Assembly (NCBI GenBank): GCA_040384925.1
Contig: JAZKIK010000465.1
Span: forward strand, 1-49,172
Direction: 5' to 3'
From: Pseudomonadota bacterium
Lineage (GTDB): Bacteria; Pseudomonadota; Gammaproteobacteria; Burkholderiales; Burkholderiaceae_C
DNA length: 49,172 bases
The notes beneath the pieces were generated by a model. That model searched no databases, had not been told where the DNA came from, and was given only the letters and a program-made list of their open reading frames with translations. The stretch's first letter is position 1. The number at the start of each line of letters is the position of its first letter. This document shows positions 27,046-35,435 of the stretch, piece by piece. The position numbers were made by a program, and so were the translations under genes.

Positions 27046-28668
27046 TTAAGACTTGCCTGCTTCGTTTGCATCAAGCACCATGGTCAGAACATTCCAGTCG
27101 CCATCACGCTGGTAGCGCATATCCGACAGGTAGTTGCGCATCAGGCGGATTCCATGGCCCCCAAGTTCGGCCTCCTGGAGTGATCGGGGCAGTTCACTGG
27201 GCACGTAGGCCCTAGGGTCAAAGGGCATGCCGTTGTCTTGCACCGTGACCGATGCCGTCTTGCCATCGAAGCGATACGCGAGCCGAATTCGGGGTGCCTG
27301 CGAAGCGTCAGACTCACCGGGGCTCGCAAGATGGACAAAACCATGCATCAGGACGTTAGCCACGGCCTCGTCAAGGCAAAGGTTTAGTGCGAAGCATTGC
27401 CGCAGGCTCAAGCGGCTTTCGCTGCTGCGTTCGTCAAGCCAGGCCAGGGCGTCACCCAGCCCTTTTGGTTCGGGCAACATTTCAAAGGTGCTTGAACCGG
27501 CCTCAAGAGCCGGGTAGTCGGATGCAGGCAAAGTCGCAGTCCTGGCTGCCGGTGCCGATGCCGATGCAGCCTGGGTTGAGAAGACTGTATTGAGCGCATC
27601 GCGCACCCCAAGAAAAAAAGGATCATGCTGATACAGCTTCGAGCCATAGGGAATGTTCATGTGTGCATTGACGAACTCCAGCAGCCTGGCCTGCACCTCT
27701 ACGACTGACGCCGAAGCAACTCCTGCCTCAATGGAGTGAATCCGCTCCACAAAACCGCGCACGCCATCCAGATGTGTGGGCAGTAGCCGCAGCTTCCCGT
27801 TATCAATGACCAGATGGCCTTCGCGCCGCAGGTAATTCACCAGAACTTGCGAGCCGATGGCATCGTAGTTGGGTGTCGGTATGCCCTCTACCGAATAGCG
27901 CAGCAGACGCTCGGCCAGGATGAATTCGGTCATCACCGCAACCTTCTCGCTGGGGATCGCCTGGCAATCATTGATGGCGCAAATGGCAAGCATGTCAACC
28001 CGGCATTCTTCGAGGCCGGCGAGTGGTCGGTAAGACTTCATCTGAAGATATTCCGGTACCGGTGCCGGACCCACCCGGTGGAAATGCTCATGCAACCAGA
28101 CCCAGTGAACGCAACTGTCTTCCAGCCCTTCGCGGGCCAGGGTACGCACCAGTTGCAGGGTATCCGCATGCACAAAGTGCTCCAGGATGGGGCGAGTCCG
28201 TCGCAAGTGCCGTGAGACAAACTTGTCGATGAAGTAGAAGATGCTGTCCTGGGTTTCCTGATGGCCGTTCAGGTGATTCTCGGGAAAAAGGGCGACGACC
28301 ACCGGACTCTCGAAACCAACAGTGCAGGCGAGCGTAGTCACAGGCACCACGGGTGAATCAAAATCCAGGCCGTCGTAATGCGGAAGCGCAATCCGCTTGA
28401 ACCGCACGCCGTCCAGCGCCAGCGACGGAAAATACTTGGCGTCGAAAAGTCCGTAAAACTCATCGAAGCGTGCCGAGTTGATAAGTGACTTGTTCTCCTC
28501 ACCGCGCCCCTGCGTGGATGCCGGGTTCACATCCTTCAGCATGGCCTGCTTGAAGTCGTGGGGCAAGTCGGCCGAGGTGATGCACTCGCTCAGGGCATGA
28601 TAATTGCGTTGCGATATCCACTGCATGATCGTCGCAGATGGTGTCACGCTCAATTGCAGACGCTCCAT
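27046..28668 (-). CDS. DUF6421-like HEXXH metalloenzyme domain fused to C-terminal RsbW-type HATPase_c (anti-sigma/Ser kinase) domain
   Basis: WLHEHFH..G, LEECRVD, ERLLRYS..G...NYDAIGSQ; an Ala/Pro linker; then LCLDEAVANVLMHG, QDNGMPFDP, GGHGIRLM, WNVLTM. RBS GGAGG. Confidence 0.78.
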   Translation of the reverse strand: MERLQLSVTPSATIMQWISQRNYHALSECITSADLPHDFKQAMLKDVNPASTQGRGEENKSLINSARFDEFYGLFDAKYFPSLALDGVRFKRIALPHYDGLDFDSPVVPVTTLACTVGFESPVVVALFPENHLNGHQETQDSIFYFIDKFVSRHLRRTRPILEHFVHADTLQLVRTLAREGLEDSCVHWVWLHEHFHRVGPAPVPEYLQMKSYRPLAGLEECRVDMLAICAINDCQAIPSEKVAVMTEFILAERLLRYSVEGIPTPNYDAIGSQVLVNYLRREGHLVIDNGKLRLLPTHLDGVRGFVERIHSIEAGVASASVVEVQARLLEFVNAHMNIPYGSKLYQHDPFFLGVRDALNTVFSTQAASASAPAARTATLPASDYPALEAGSSTFEMLPEPKGLGDALAWLDERSSESRLSLRQCFALNLCLDEAVANVLMHGFVHLASPGESDASQAPRIRLAYRFDGKTASVTVQDNGMPFDPRAYVPSELPRSLQEAELGGHGIRLMRNYLSDMRYQRDGDWNVLTMVLDANEAGKS

Positions 28669-28824
28669 GATTCCTCCAAATAAAAATCATCTGTTGATAT
28701 TCGGTGTAAATATACTTGCAATACACGCAAGGTTTGCGCTTCGATAGATGACGTGTTTGTGCGTGGAGACTTTGCATCCATCTATCGTTGCCGCTCTGTG
28801 ACACCAGAAAAACGAGGTTAACTT

Positions 28825-30540
28825 TTGGCCAATAAATCAGACCGACTACGTTATGGTGCCGATGACCGGCCGCCATGGCGCGTCACCCTTGTCCTGGGTT
28901 TGCAACATGCCTGCCTGGCACTTGTTTTCCTGATATATTCTGTCGCGGCTGCGACAGCCATTGGGTTTTCCCCTCATCAGACCACTGCGTTTCTTACCGG
29001 GTGCATAGTTGCCATGGCCATTGGGGCCTTTCTGCAACCCTTGCGCCCGCCATTTGGAAGCGGCGCGCTCGCGGTTTACATTCCATCCCCCCTGATGCTG
29101 CCTGCGATCATCCAGGCGGGACTCACCGGGGGCCTGAGCCTGATCGCCGGTATGACCATACTGATGGGCGCCACCGTACTGAGCCTGGGTCGCCTTTTGC
29201 GCCACCTGCGCGTCCTGTTCCCGGCAGAAGTCTGTGGAGTTGTCATCCTGATGCTGGGGATTGCCATCGCCTCACCTGCACTAAAGCATGCGACAGGCGC
29301 CAGCTTCGGTCCCGACGGGCAAATACATGGCCTCAACTACCAGCACATGCTGGTTGCGGCAGGAACGCTGGTCGGCATCATGGTGGTCACGGTTTTTGCC
29401 CGCGGTGCCATCAAGCTGTTTGCTCTTGCCCTGGGGCTGGCTATCGGCGTCGTGTTATCGCTGGCCGTTGGGCTATTTGACGCTGCGGCATTGGCGCGTC
29501 TTGATGCCACTGCGTGGTTTGGCTGGCCGCAGCTTGAATTTGTCATGCCGACTCTTGACCTGTCACTCATTCCGCTTGTGGTGGTCCTGGCCATCTTCAA
29601 TGGTATTGACACTGTTGGCGTCATGATAGGCATACAGCGCATGGTCGATCCCGATTGGAAAAAAATCGACACCACGCAGTGCGCTGGCGGTGTCCAGGCC
29701 AGCGGGATGGCTGATGTCTGCGCAGGGGTTCTAGGCGGCATGCCGGGCGGCGTGTCGTCAGCGCATATGGGCCTGGTCTTTGCGACCGCCACGGCATCAC
29801 GAATCGTCGGGACCTGTACTGCCGGTGTGCTGCTGATGGCAGCCTTCACACCAAAAATCGTAGCGGTCCTGATGATGCTGCCGCCACCTGTCGTGGGCGC
29901 CATCATGATCTACACTGCGGCACACATGCTGGTGGCGGGCATGGAGCTTGTCCAGTCGCGCATGTACAGCGAACGCCGCATGCTCACCATTGGCCTGTCT
30001 ATCCTTGCAGGCCTGACCCCGCTGATCTTGCCCGGCTATTTCGGAAAGATGTCGCCACTCGTGGCACCCATCTTCGAGTCAAGTCTGGCGATCTCCGCAT
30101 TGGTAGCAATTGGGCTGAACCTTATATTCCGCCTGGGCATCGCACAAGAGGCATCAGTGATGATTCCGCGCCAAAGCGCGGGGCACGAGGCGGCAGGCGA
30201 GTTCCTGGATGAGATGGGCAAGGTCTGGGGCGCACGCCACGACGTCGTGCGCAGGGCCAAACAAGCCACCAGCGAAGTGATCGAGATTGCCAGCGCCATC
30301 AATCCAGAGGGCGAGGTCAAGCTTGAGGCGCGCTACGACGAACTGAATCTGTATGTCACGGTAGGCTATGACGGAACAGTGCTTGAGTTCCCGACCGAGT
30401 TGTCCAAAAGTGAGGACGGCTTGGGTGAAGACCAGAACCTGTTCCAGTTCGCAGGCTTTATCGTTCGCAAGCTGGCTGATTCCCTATCGCAAACATCCGA
30501 CGGTATCCGTCATCGGCTGGTGCTTCGCTTCGAGCACTGA
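28825..30540 (+). CDS. NCS2/SLC23 xanthine-uracil permease family protein with C-terminal soluble HATPase-like extension
   Basis: LRYGADDRPP, LGLQH, LFPAEVCGVVI, P.PVVGA, a multi-pass hydrophobic core, and a ~130-aa hydrophilic tail ending GFIVRKLADSL...RLVLRFEH. Confidence 0.85.
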   Translation: MANKSDRLRYGADDRPPWRVTLVLGLQHACLALVFLIYSVAAATAIGFSPHQTTAFLTGCIVAMAIGAFLQPLRPPFGSGALAVYIPSPLMLPAIIQAGLTGGLSLIAGMTILMGATVLSLGRLLRHLRVLFPAEVCGVVILMLGIAIASPALKHATGASFGPDGQIHGLNYQHMLVAAGTLVGIMVVTVFARGAIKLFALALGLAIGVVLSLAVGLFDAAALARLDATAWFGWPQLEFVMPTLDLSLIPLVVVLAIFNGIDTVGVMIGIQRMVDPDWKKIDTTQCAGGVQASGMADVCAGVLGGMPGGVSSAHMGLVFATATASRIVGTCTAGVLLMAAFTPKIVAVLMMLPPPVVGAIMIYTAAHMLVAGMELVQSRMYSERRMLTIGLSILAGLTPLILPGYFGKMSPLVAPIFESSLAISALVAIGLNLIFRLGIAQEASVMIPRQSAGHEAAGEFLDEMGKVWGARHDVVRRAKQATSEVIEIASAINPEGEVKLEARYDELNLYVTVGYDGTVLEFPTELSKSEDGLGEDQNLFQFAGFIVRKLADSLSQTSDGIRHRLVLRFEH

Positions 30541-30627
30541 TGCGACTGGCGGGCGGGCGAGACACCGCACCCAAGCTGACGGTATCGGGCCCAACTGAGC
30601 CCGTTCCGGTACTGCCATGAACACGTT

Positions 30628-30975
30628 CTAGGAAGCGACTTTGGCGACTGCCTCAGCCTCGGTGCCGACCACCGTGATCAAGCGGGTCAGGCCGCTGACG
30701 TCGAATACTTCCTTGACGTTCGGATTCACGCCGCACAGCGCCAGCTTGACCGGGGCGGATTTGGCTGAGCGGGCGGCCACAAGAAAGGCCCGAAGGCCCG
30801 CGCTGGAGATGTAGTCGATACCCGCACAATTGACTACCAGCCCCAGTCCGGCCGATTGCGCCTGGGAAACCACGCTTTCCAGATCCGCCTGGAAAGCGGC
30901 TGACGCGCTGTAGTCGATCCGGCCCGTAGGCCGGACAATAAGGGTGCTGCCTGTGTTTTCGCTTGGAATGGTCAT
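30628..30975 (-). CDS. STAS-domain anti-sigma-factor antagonist (RsbV/SpoIIAA-like)
   Basis: GRID, IDYISSAGLR (phospho-acceptor Ser motif), VKEVFDVSGL. Confidence 0.93.
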   Translation of the reverse strand: MTIPSENTGSTLIVRPTGRIDYSASAAFQADLESVVSQAQSAGLGLVVNCAGIDYISSAGLRAFLVAARSAKSAPVKLALCGVNPNVKEVFDVSGLTRLITVVGTEAEAVAKVAS

Positions 30976-31014
30976 ATTGGTGGTCTGTGCTGGAATTTGT
31001 CTTGAGGTGGATTT

Positions 31015-31662
31015 TCAGTGCATGAACATCAGGGCTTGCGCCTGGATCTGATAGTTCTCGCGGATGGCCGCCTCGACCTCGCGCACGATCAGGTCAACGC
31101 CGCCGACCAGGTCCAGCCTTGCGGACAAGCGGGATATTTCGTCGGTGGCCATGAAACCCTGGAGCAGATCACCCACGCGGGCCAGCCCGATCAGGGCCGT
31201 GTCATGCGGCGTTGGAAGGCCCAGGTTCAACAAGGTGGCGAGGATGCGCAACTTGGCCTCCTTTTGCTCTTGCCCGTCAATCACAGGATAGCGCCGCGAA
31301 TTGAACACCCACAGAAACTGCGTCTGAGCGGTTTTCAGGATGCCGCGCTTGACCAGTTCGGACAGGGTAAGCTTTACAAGAGACTGCGATTCCCTCTGGG
31401 TGTTGATCAGCCAGCGGGAAACCGGCATTCCTCCGCCAGGATGAATCTTGCTCAAGACCCAATCGAGGTGCGCCAGGCCCGTGGGCTCGGAGGACAACAG
31501 CGTCAGTTCCTTGAGATCGGCATCAATCCGGCCGCGAATGTTCAAGTCAATCAGGCAGGCCCCGAACAGCGCGAGGATGAAGCCTGCATTGCCCGCCGTA
31601 TAAGCGATTTTTCCGTCATCTTCAACGGCCAGCAAAACCAATTCTTCTGCAAGTGATGTCAT
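31015..31662 (-). CDS. GPP34/GOLPH3-VPS74 family protein
   Basis: SLAEELVLLA..DDG, GACLIDL...GRI, LVKRGIL....FLWVF..RRYP..DG, DTALIGL. Confidence 0.8.
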   Translation of the reverse strand: MTSLAEELVLLAVEDDGKIAYTAGNAGFILALFGACLIDLNIRGRIDADLKELTLLSSEPTGLAHLDWVLSKIHPGGGMPVSRWLINTQRESQSLVKLTLSELVKRGILKTAQTQFLWVFNSRRYPVIDGQEQKEAKLRILATLLNLGLPTPHDTALIGLARVGDLLQGFMATDEISRLSARLDLVGGVDLIVREVEAAIRENYQIQAQALMFMH

Positions 31663-31792
31663 TTGAATACCTTCTTACGTTCTTGCGGCAGTCATACTGG
31701 CTGGCATTCTACATTCTGCAACCTTTGTCCAAAAGCTGAATTTGCCGAGGCACAATGGAAGCAAACATCGATCCCGACCACAGGCTCAGCGC

Positions 31793-32257
31793 ATGACAGA
31801 ACCCAAGCCCAGTGCCGCACCATCCACCCATTCGCTAGTCTTGAACGGCTCGCTCAGCGAATTGCCGCGTGCCATGGCCTGGATCGAAGGGCAGCTTGAG
31901 GCCCTTGACATGCCGACGCGCGCCGCTTACGGCTTGACGCTGAGTGTTGACGAGGCCCTGGTCAACGTGATGACGCACGGATTCGGCAACCCGGCCGGCG
32001 GCCAGACACCGATGGAGGAAGGGCAAGGTCAAGTCCAGCTTCGCTGTGAACCTCGGGAAGGGCATGTAATGGTCCAGATCCTCGACAACGGTCCCGCCTT
32101 CGACCCCACCCAGCACGCACCGGCTGATCTGGCAGATGACATGGGCGAGGCCCGCATAGGAGGACACGGCGTTCGCCTGATGATGCATTTTCTGTCCGAG
32201 CTCAGTTATGAGCGGCAGGGCGAGTGGAACATCCTGACCCTGGTGTCCGGAAAATGA
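31793..32257 (+). CDS. RsbW-like anti-sigma factor / Ser-Thr kinase (HATPase_c_2)
   Basis: LSVDEALVNVMTHG, LDNGPAFDP, IGGHGVRLM, WNILTL. Confidence 0.9.
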   Translation: MTEPKPSAAPSTHSLVLNGSLSELPRAMAWIEGQLEALDMPTRAAYGLTLSVDEALVNVMTHGFGNPAGGQTPMEEGQGQVQLRCEPREGHVMVQILDNGPAFDPTQHAPADLADDMGEARIGGHGVRLMMHFLSELSYERQGEWNILTLVSGK

Positions 32258-34332
32258 GTACCGCCTTGCCTCCGGCCGCCTCGGCTCCCCGGTTCTTTCG
32301 GGATTACAACCGGGTGATCTCGGTGGCCTATGCGCTCATCCTTTTTGGTTTGCTGCTGTTCTTCTCCCTCCAGCTTCGGCAGCGGTATAACGAAGAGCTT
32401 GCGGTCATCGAAACCCAGGTTGCGCGGCATGGCGAGTTTCTTGAGTTCGTCCTGCGCTCATCGACAGACCAGCTGGAGTCCTTGCGAATGATCGCCGGCT
32501 CCGACACCCGCAGCGCACGGCGCTGCATGCAGGGCGGCAATGCGCGCGCCTTTCCCGACCTCCGGGAGGTCGCTGGCGGCTTCAACCGCGACGCCATCCA
32601 GGACAAGGACCTGGGGGGCAATCTGGTTGGGCTCGGCCGTCTGGTGGGACGCCATGGCGATTTTTATTGTGACATTGCCGCCGCAATGGGGCTCAACGGC
32701 AGCCTGCAAGGCATGACATTCAGTCTGCCCAGTGTCGCGCGGGCCCGCTTCATTTCTGCCCACGGATTCCATCTGGTTTCGCCGTGGCGCCCCTCAGCCG
32801 ACCTGCCCTTCAACTCCGCCAGCCTGAGCGATCCGGTCTGGCGGCTTGGTACCCCCGATGCCGACCCTGACCGGTCCAGATACTGGATTCCACCGTATTT
32901 CGCTGGCGAGCAGGCTGGCCTGCTCGCGCCGGTCGCGGCACCGGTCTACGACGGTCAGCGATTCATGGGCGTCATCGTGCTTGACTTCAGCCTCGACTAT
33001 CTCAATCGGATCAACTCCGACTTTGCCTACCCGCTGGGGAGCGTCGCTGTCATTGACGCGGGTGGTCGCGTGCTTGCACACCCGCAGCTTTACCGCGACC
33101 CGCTGATCGTACGCGAGCCGCCCACCATTCAGCAGCTTCTTGCCACCGAAGTATCCGCAGCAACAAAGACCACGATCGACGCCCTTGCCGAAGGCCGGGT
33201 CGAGAGCGTTGGTGATGCCCTGCTGCTGCGCCAGCGCTTCGTCTCGGCGCCCTGGCAATTGCTTTACAGCGTGCCCAGGTACACCCTGTGGCTCAAGCTG
33301 CTGAAAGAGCACGGCGCCAGCATGGCCGCAGTGTTTGCAGGCCTGGCCCTGCTCATGGCCGTGACCTATGTTTTAACGTCCCGGCTCTTCGTCGGGCCAG
33401 CAGCCAAGCTGGTCGACCACCTGGTTGCGGAATCCGTCGAGCAACCACGGCCCGTCCCTGCGGTTCCTTCAACATGGCGACCCTGGTTTGAGGCCATCAC
33501 AAAAGCCTTTCGCCAGTCCCTGCAGCTCAGCAGCCTGCGCCGGGAAGTTGACATCGCAGCCCGGCTGCAGCAATCCATCCTGCCGCGCCGCTGGCCCAGT
33601 GATCCACGCTTCCAGCTCTGGGGCACCATGCTCCCCGCCAAGGACGTGGGCGGCGACTTCTACGACCACTTTGTCGTGGGCGATGGCCTGCGGGGCATCG
33701 TGGTTGCCGATGTCAGCGGCAAGGGCATCTCGGCAGGTTTGTTCGGCATGGTTTCCAAGACCCACCTGCGCGCGGTCGCCACGCGCACCTCGGTCGGGCC
33801 GGGAGCCATGGTGACGCTGGCCAACAAAGCGCTTTGCGCGGACGGCGAAAACGAGAACTGCATGTTCCTGACGCTGCTCTACGCGCAGTACGACCCCGCC
33901 AGCGGCATCGCGGTTTGTGTAAACGCTGGCCATCCGTCGCCGCTTCTGGTTCATGCCGACGGACGCATTCGCTGGTTGCCAACAAGTACGTGTCCGATGA
34001 TGGGGATCATGGACGACATCGACTATGAAGAGTCGGTCGTCCAGCTGGTCCCCGGCGACACCCTGTTGCTGTTCACCGACGGTGTGACCGAGGCCATGAA
34101 TGCACAGCGTGAAGAGTTCAGCGAGCCGCGACTGGCCAGCTTGTTCGACGGCCAGCCAACCACCTCACCCGAGGAAACAATCCAGCGGGTCCTGGACGCC
34201 GTGAGCGCCTTTGCCCAGGCCGAGGAGCAGTTCGACGACATCACCTGCGTGGCATTGCGATGCGTGGCGCTGGACCAGACCGCCAGCCTTGCAGCCGCTG
34301 GCGAGACCACAGGAGGCGGGCATGCGATCTAG
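32254..34332 (+). CDS. Membrane sensor phosphatase: periplasmic Cache domain plus SpoIIE/RsbU PP2C domain
   Basis: TM, then Cache motifs (YWIPPYF...APVYDG.RFMGVI.LD; GRVLAHP), TM, then AARLQQSILP, VGGDFYD, ADVSGKG, NAGHP, FTDGVTEA, DDIT. ATGA overlap with the RsbW-like gene. Confidence 0.92.
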   Translation: MSTALPPAASAPRFFRDYNRVISVAYALILFGLLLFFSLQLRQRYNEELAVIETQVARHGEFLEFVLRSSTDQLESLRMIAGSDTRSARRCMQGGNARAFPDLREVAGGFNRDAIQDKDLGGNLVGLGRLVGRHGDFYCDIAAAMGLNGSLQGMTFSLPSVARARFISAHGFHLVSPWRPSADLPFNSASLSDPVWRLGTPDADPDRSRYWIPPYFAGEQAGLLAPVAAPVYDGQRFMGVIVLDFSLDYLNRINSDFAYPLGSVAVIDAGGRVLAHPQLYRDPLIVREPPTIQQLLATEVSAATKTTIDALAEGRVESVGDALLLRQRFVSAPWQLLYSVPRYTLWLKLLKEHGASMAAVFAGLALLMAVTYVLTSRLFVGPAAKLVDHLVAESVEQPRPVPAVPSTWRPWFEAITKAFRQSLQLSSLRREVDIAARLQQSILPRRWPSDPRFQLWGTMLPAKDVGGDFYDHFVVGDGLRGIVVADVSGKGISAGLFGMVSKTHLRAVATRTSVGPGAMVTLANKALCADGENENCMFLTLLYAQYDPASGIAVCVNAGHPSPLLVHADGRIRWLPTSTCPMMGIMDDIDYEESVVQLVPGDTLLLFTDGVTEAMNAQREEFSEPRLASLFDGQPTTSPEETIQRVLDAVSAFAQAEEQFDDITCVALRCVALDQTASLAAAGETTGGGHAI

Positions 34333-35212
34333 CAAAATACGCACGCTGGCTGCACTGGCCCTGGCGGTTGTCCTGGTGCAAATGGCTCCATGGGCCTGCG
34401 CCGACACACTGGACGATATACAGCGTCGCGGCACCCTGGTGATCGGGGTGAAAAAGGACGTGCCCTTGTGGGGTCTGGCCAAGGGCACGACCGGCGTGCC
34501 CGAAGGCCTGGAGCCCGACCTGGCGGCCGACCTGGCGGCGCGGCTGGGTGTCCGGCTGAAGCTGGTGGGATTGCTGTCTGCGGAGCGCAACGACGCGCTT
34601 GAACGCCGGCGCGTTGATCTGCTCATTGCCACGCTGTCCGACACGCCAGAGCGGCGCCAGCGGATGACGCTGGCCGTCCCGCACTACTACGCTTCGGGCG
34701 TCAACATACTGGCGCGCAAGGACGCAAAGTTTCGCGATTGGCCTGACCTGCGCAACCGCCGCGTGTGCGGACGGCTGGGCGCGTTCTACAACCGCCAGAT
34801 CACCGTGGCCTACGGCATAGACGTCGTCGCCCTTTATAACAACCAGCTTTCGATGTCAGCACTGCGCGACGGCCGCTGTGCGGCCCTGCTCTATGACGAC
34901 ACCAATATCGTCGCCCTGATGCAGGACGCCGCCTGGGCAGGCAACTTCGAGATGCCACTGAAGTCCCTGCACCTTACACCCTGGTCGGTCGCACTGCACG
35001 CGGCTGATCGCGGAGGCAGGCTGGAAACCGCCGTGTCGGATGCGATCATCGACTGGCACCGAAGCGGACTGATTGTGCGGCTCGAACGCAAGTGGCAGAT
35101 TCCGGCGTCCCCTTTCACCGTCCACATGAATGCGGTCTGGAGCCGTCGCACAGGCACCAGCTTTTATTGTGGCGACCGGGTCGGCCCACAGACGCCAAAG
35201 GATTGCCTGTAA
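34322..35212 (+). CDS. Polar amino-acid ABC substrate-binding protein (family 3)
   Basis: Signal peptide, DTLDDIQRRGTLVIGVK.D.P.WG, GLEPDLAADLA, VDLLIATLSDTPER. Start ATG 34322. Confidence 0.9.
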   Translation: MRSSKIRTLAALALAVVLVQMAPWACADTLDDIQRRGTLVIGVKKDVPLWGLAKGTTGVPEGLEPDLAADLAARLGVRLKLVGLLSAERNDALERRRVDLLIATLSDTPERRQRMTLAVPHYYASGVNILARKDAKFRDWPDLRNRRVCGRLGAFYNRQITVAYGIDVVALYNNQLSMSALRDGRCAALLYDDTNIVALMQDAAWAGNFEMPLKSLHLTPWSVALHAADRGGRLETAVSDAIIDWHRSGLIVRLERKWQIPASPFTVHMNAVWSRRTGTSFYCGDRVGPQTPKDCL

Positions 35213-35275
35213 AGCAGCTGAAACCCGGCAAACAAGGCCCGGATTAGTGGCGTATCACCAGCTTGGGCCGGCTAG

Positions 35276-35435
35276 GGATGCTCTGCATAACCCTCGCGGT
35301 CCTGTGGCAGTCGGATTGGGATGGGCTGCAAGGCGTCTTTTTGCAGCCAATAGTATGCCTATTGGCAAGAAAAGCAACGCAGCAGACCGCCCGAGCCCGG
35401 CTGATCACAGACCGCAGGGAGTTATGCAGACATCC
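35276..35435. mobile_element. 160-bp MITE-like element with terminal inverted repeats and CTAG flanks (IS5-like)
   Basis: CTAG|GGATGCTCTGCATAACCC... and ...GAGTTATGCAGACATCC|CTAG form imperfect IRs of about 30 bp. No transposase inside. Confidence 0.7.

Noticed and set aside
31018-31656. 212-aa plus-strand ORF as a possible missing sigma factor
   Set aside because: It is the antisense of the GPP34-like gene and has no sigma region 2 or 4 motifs.
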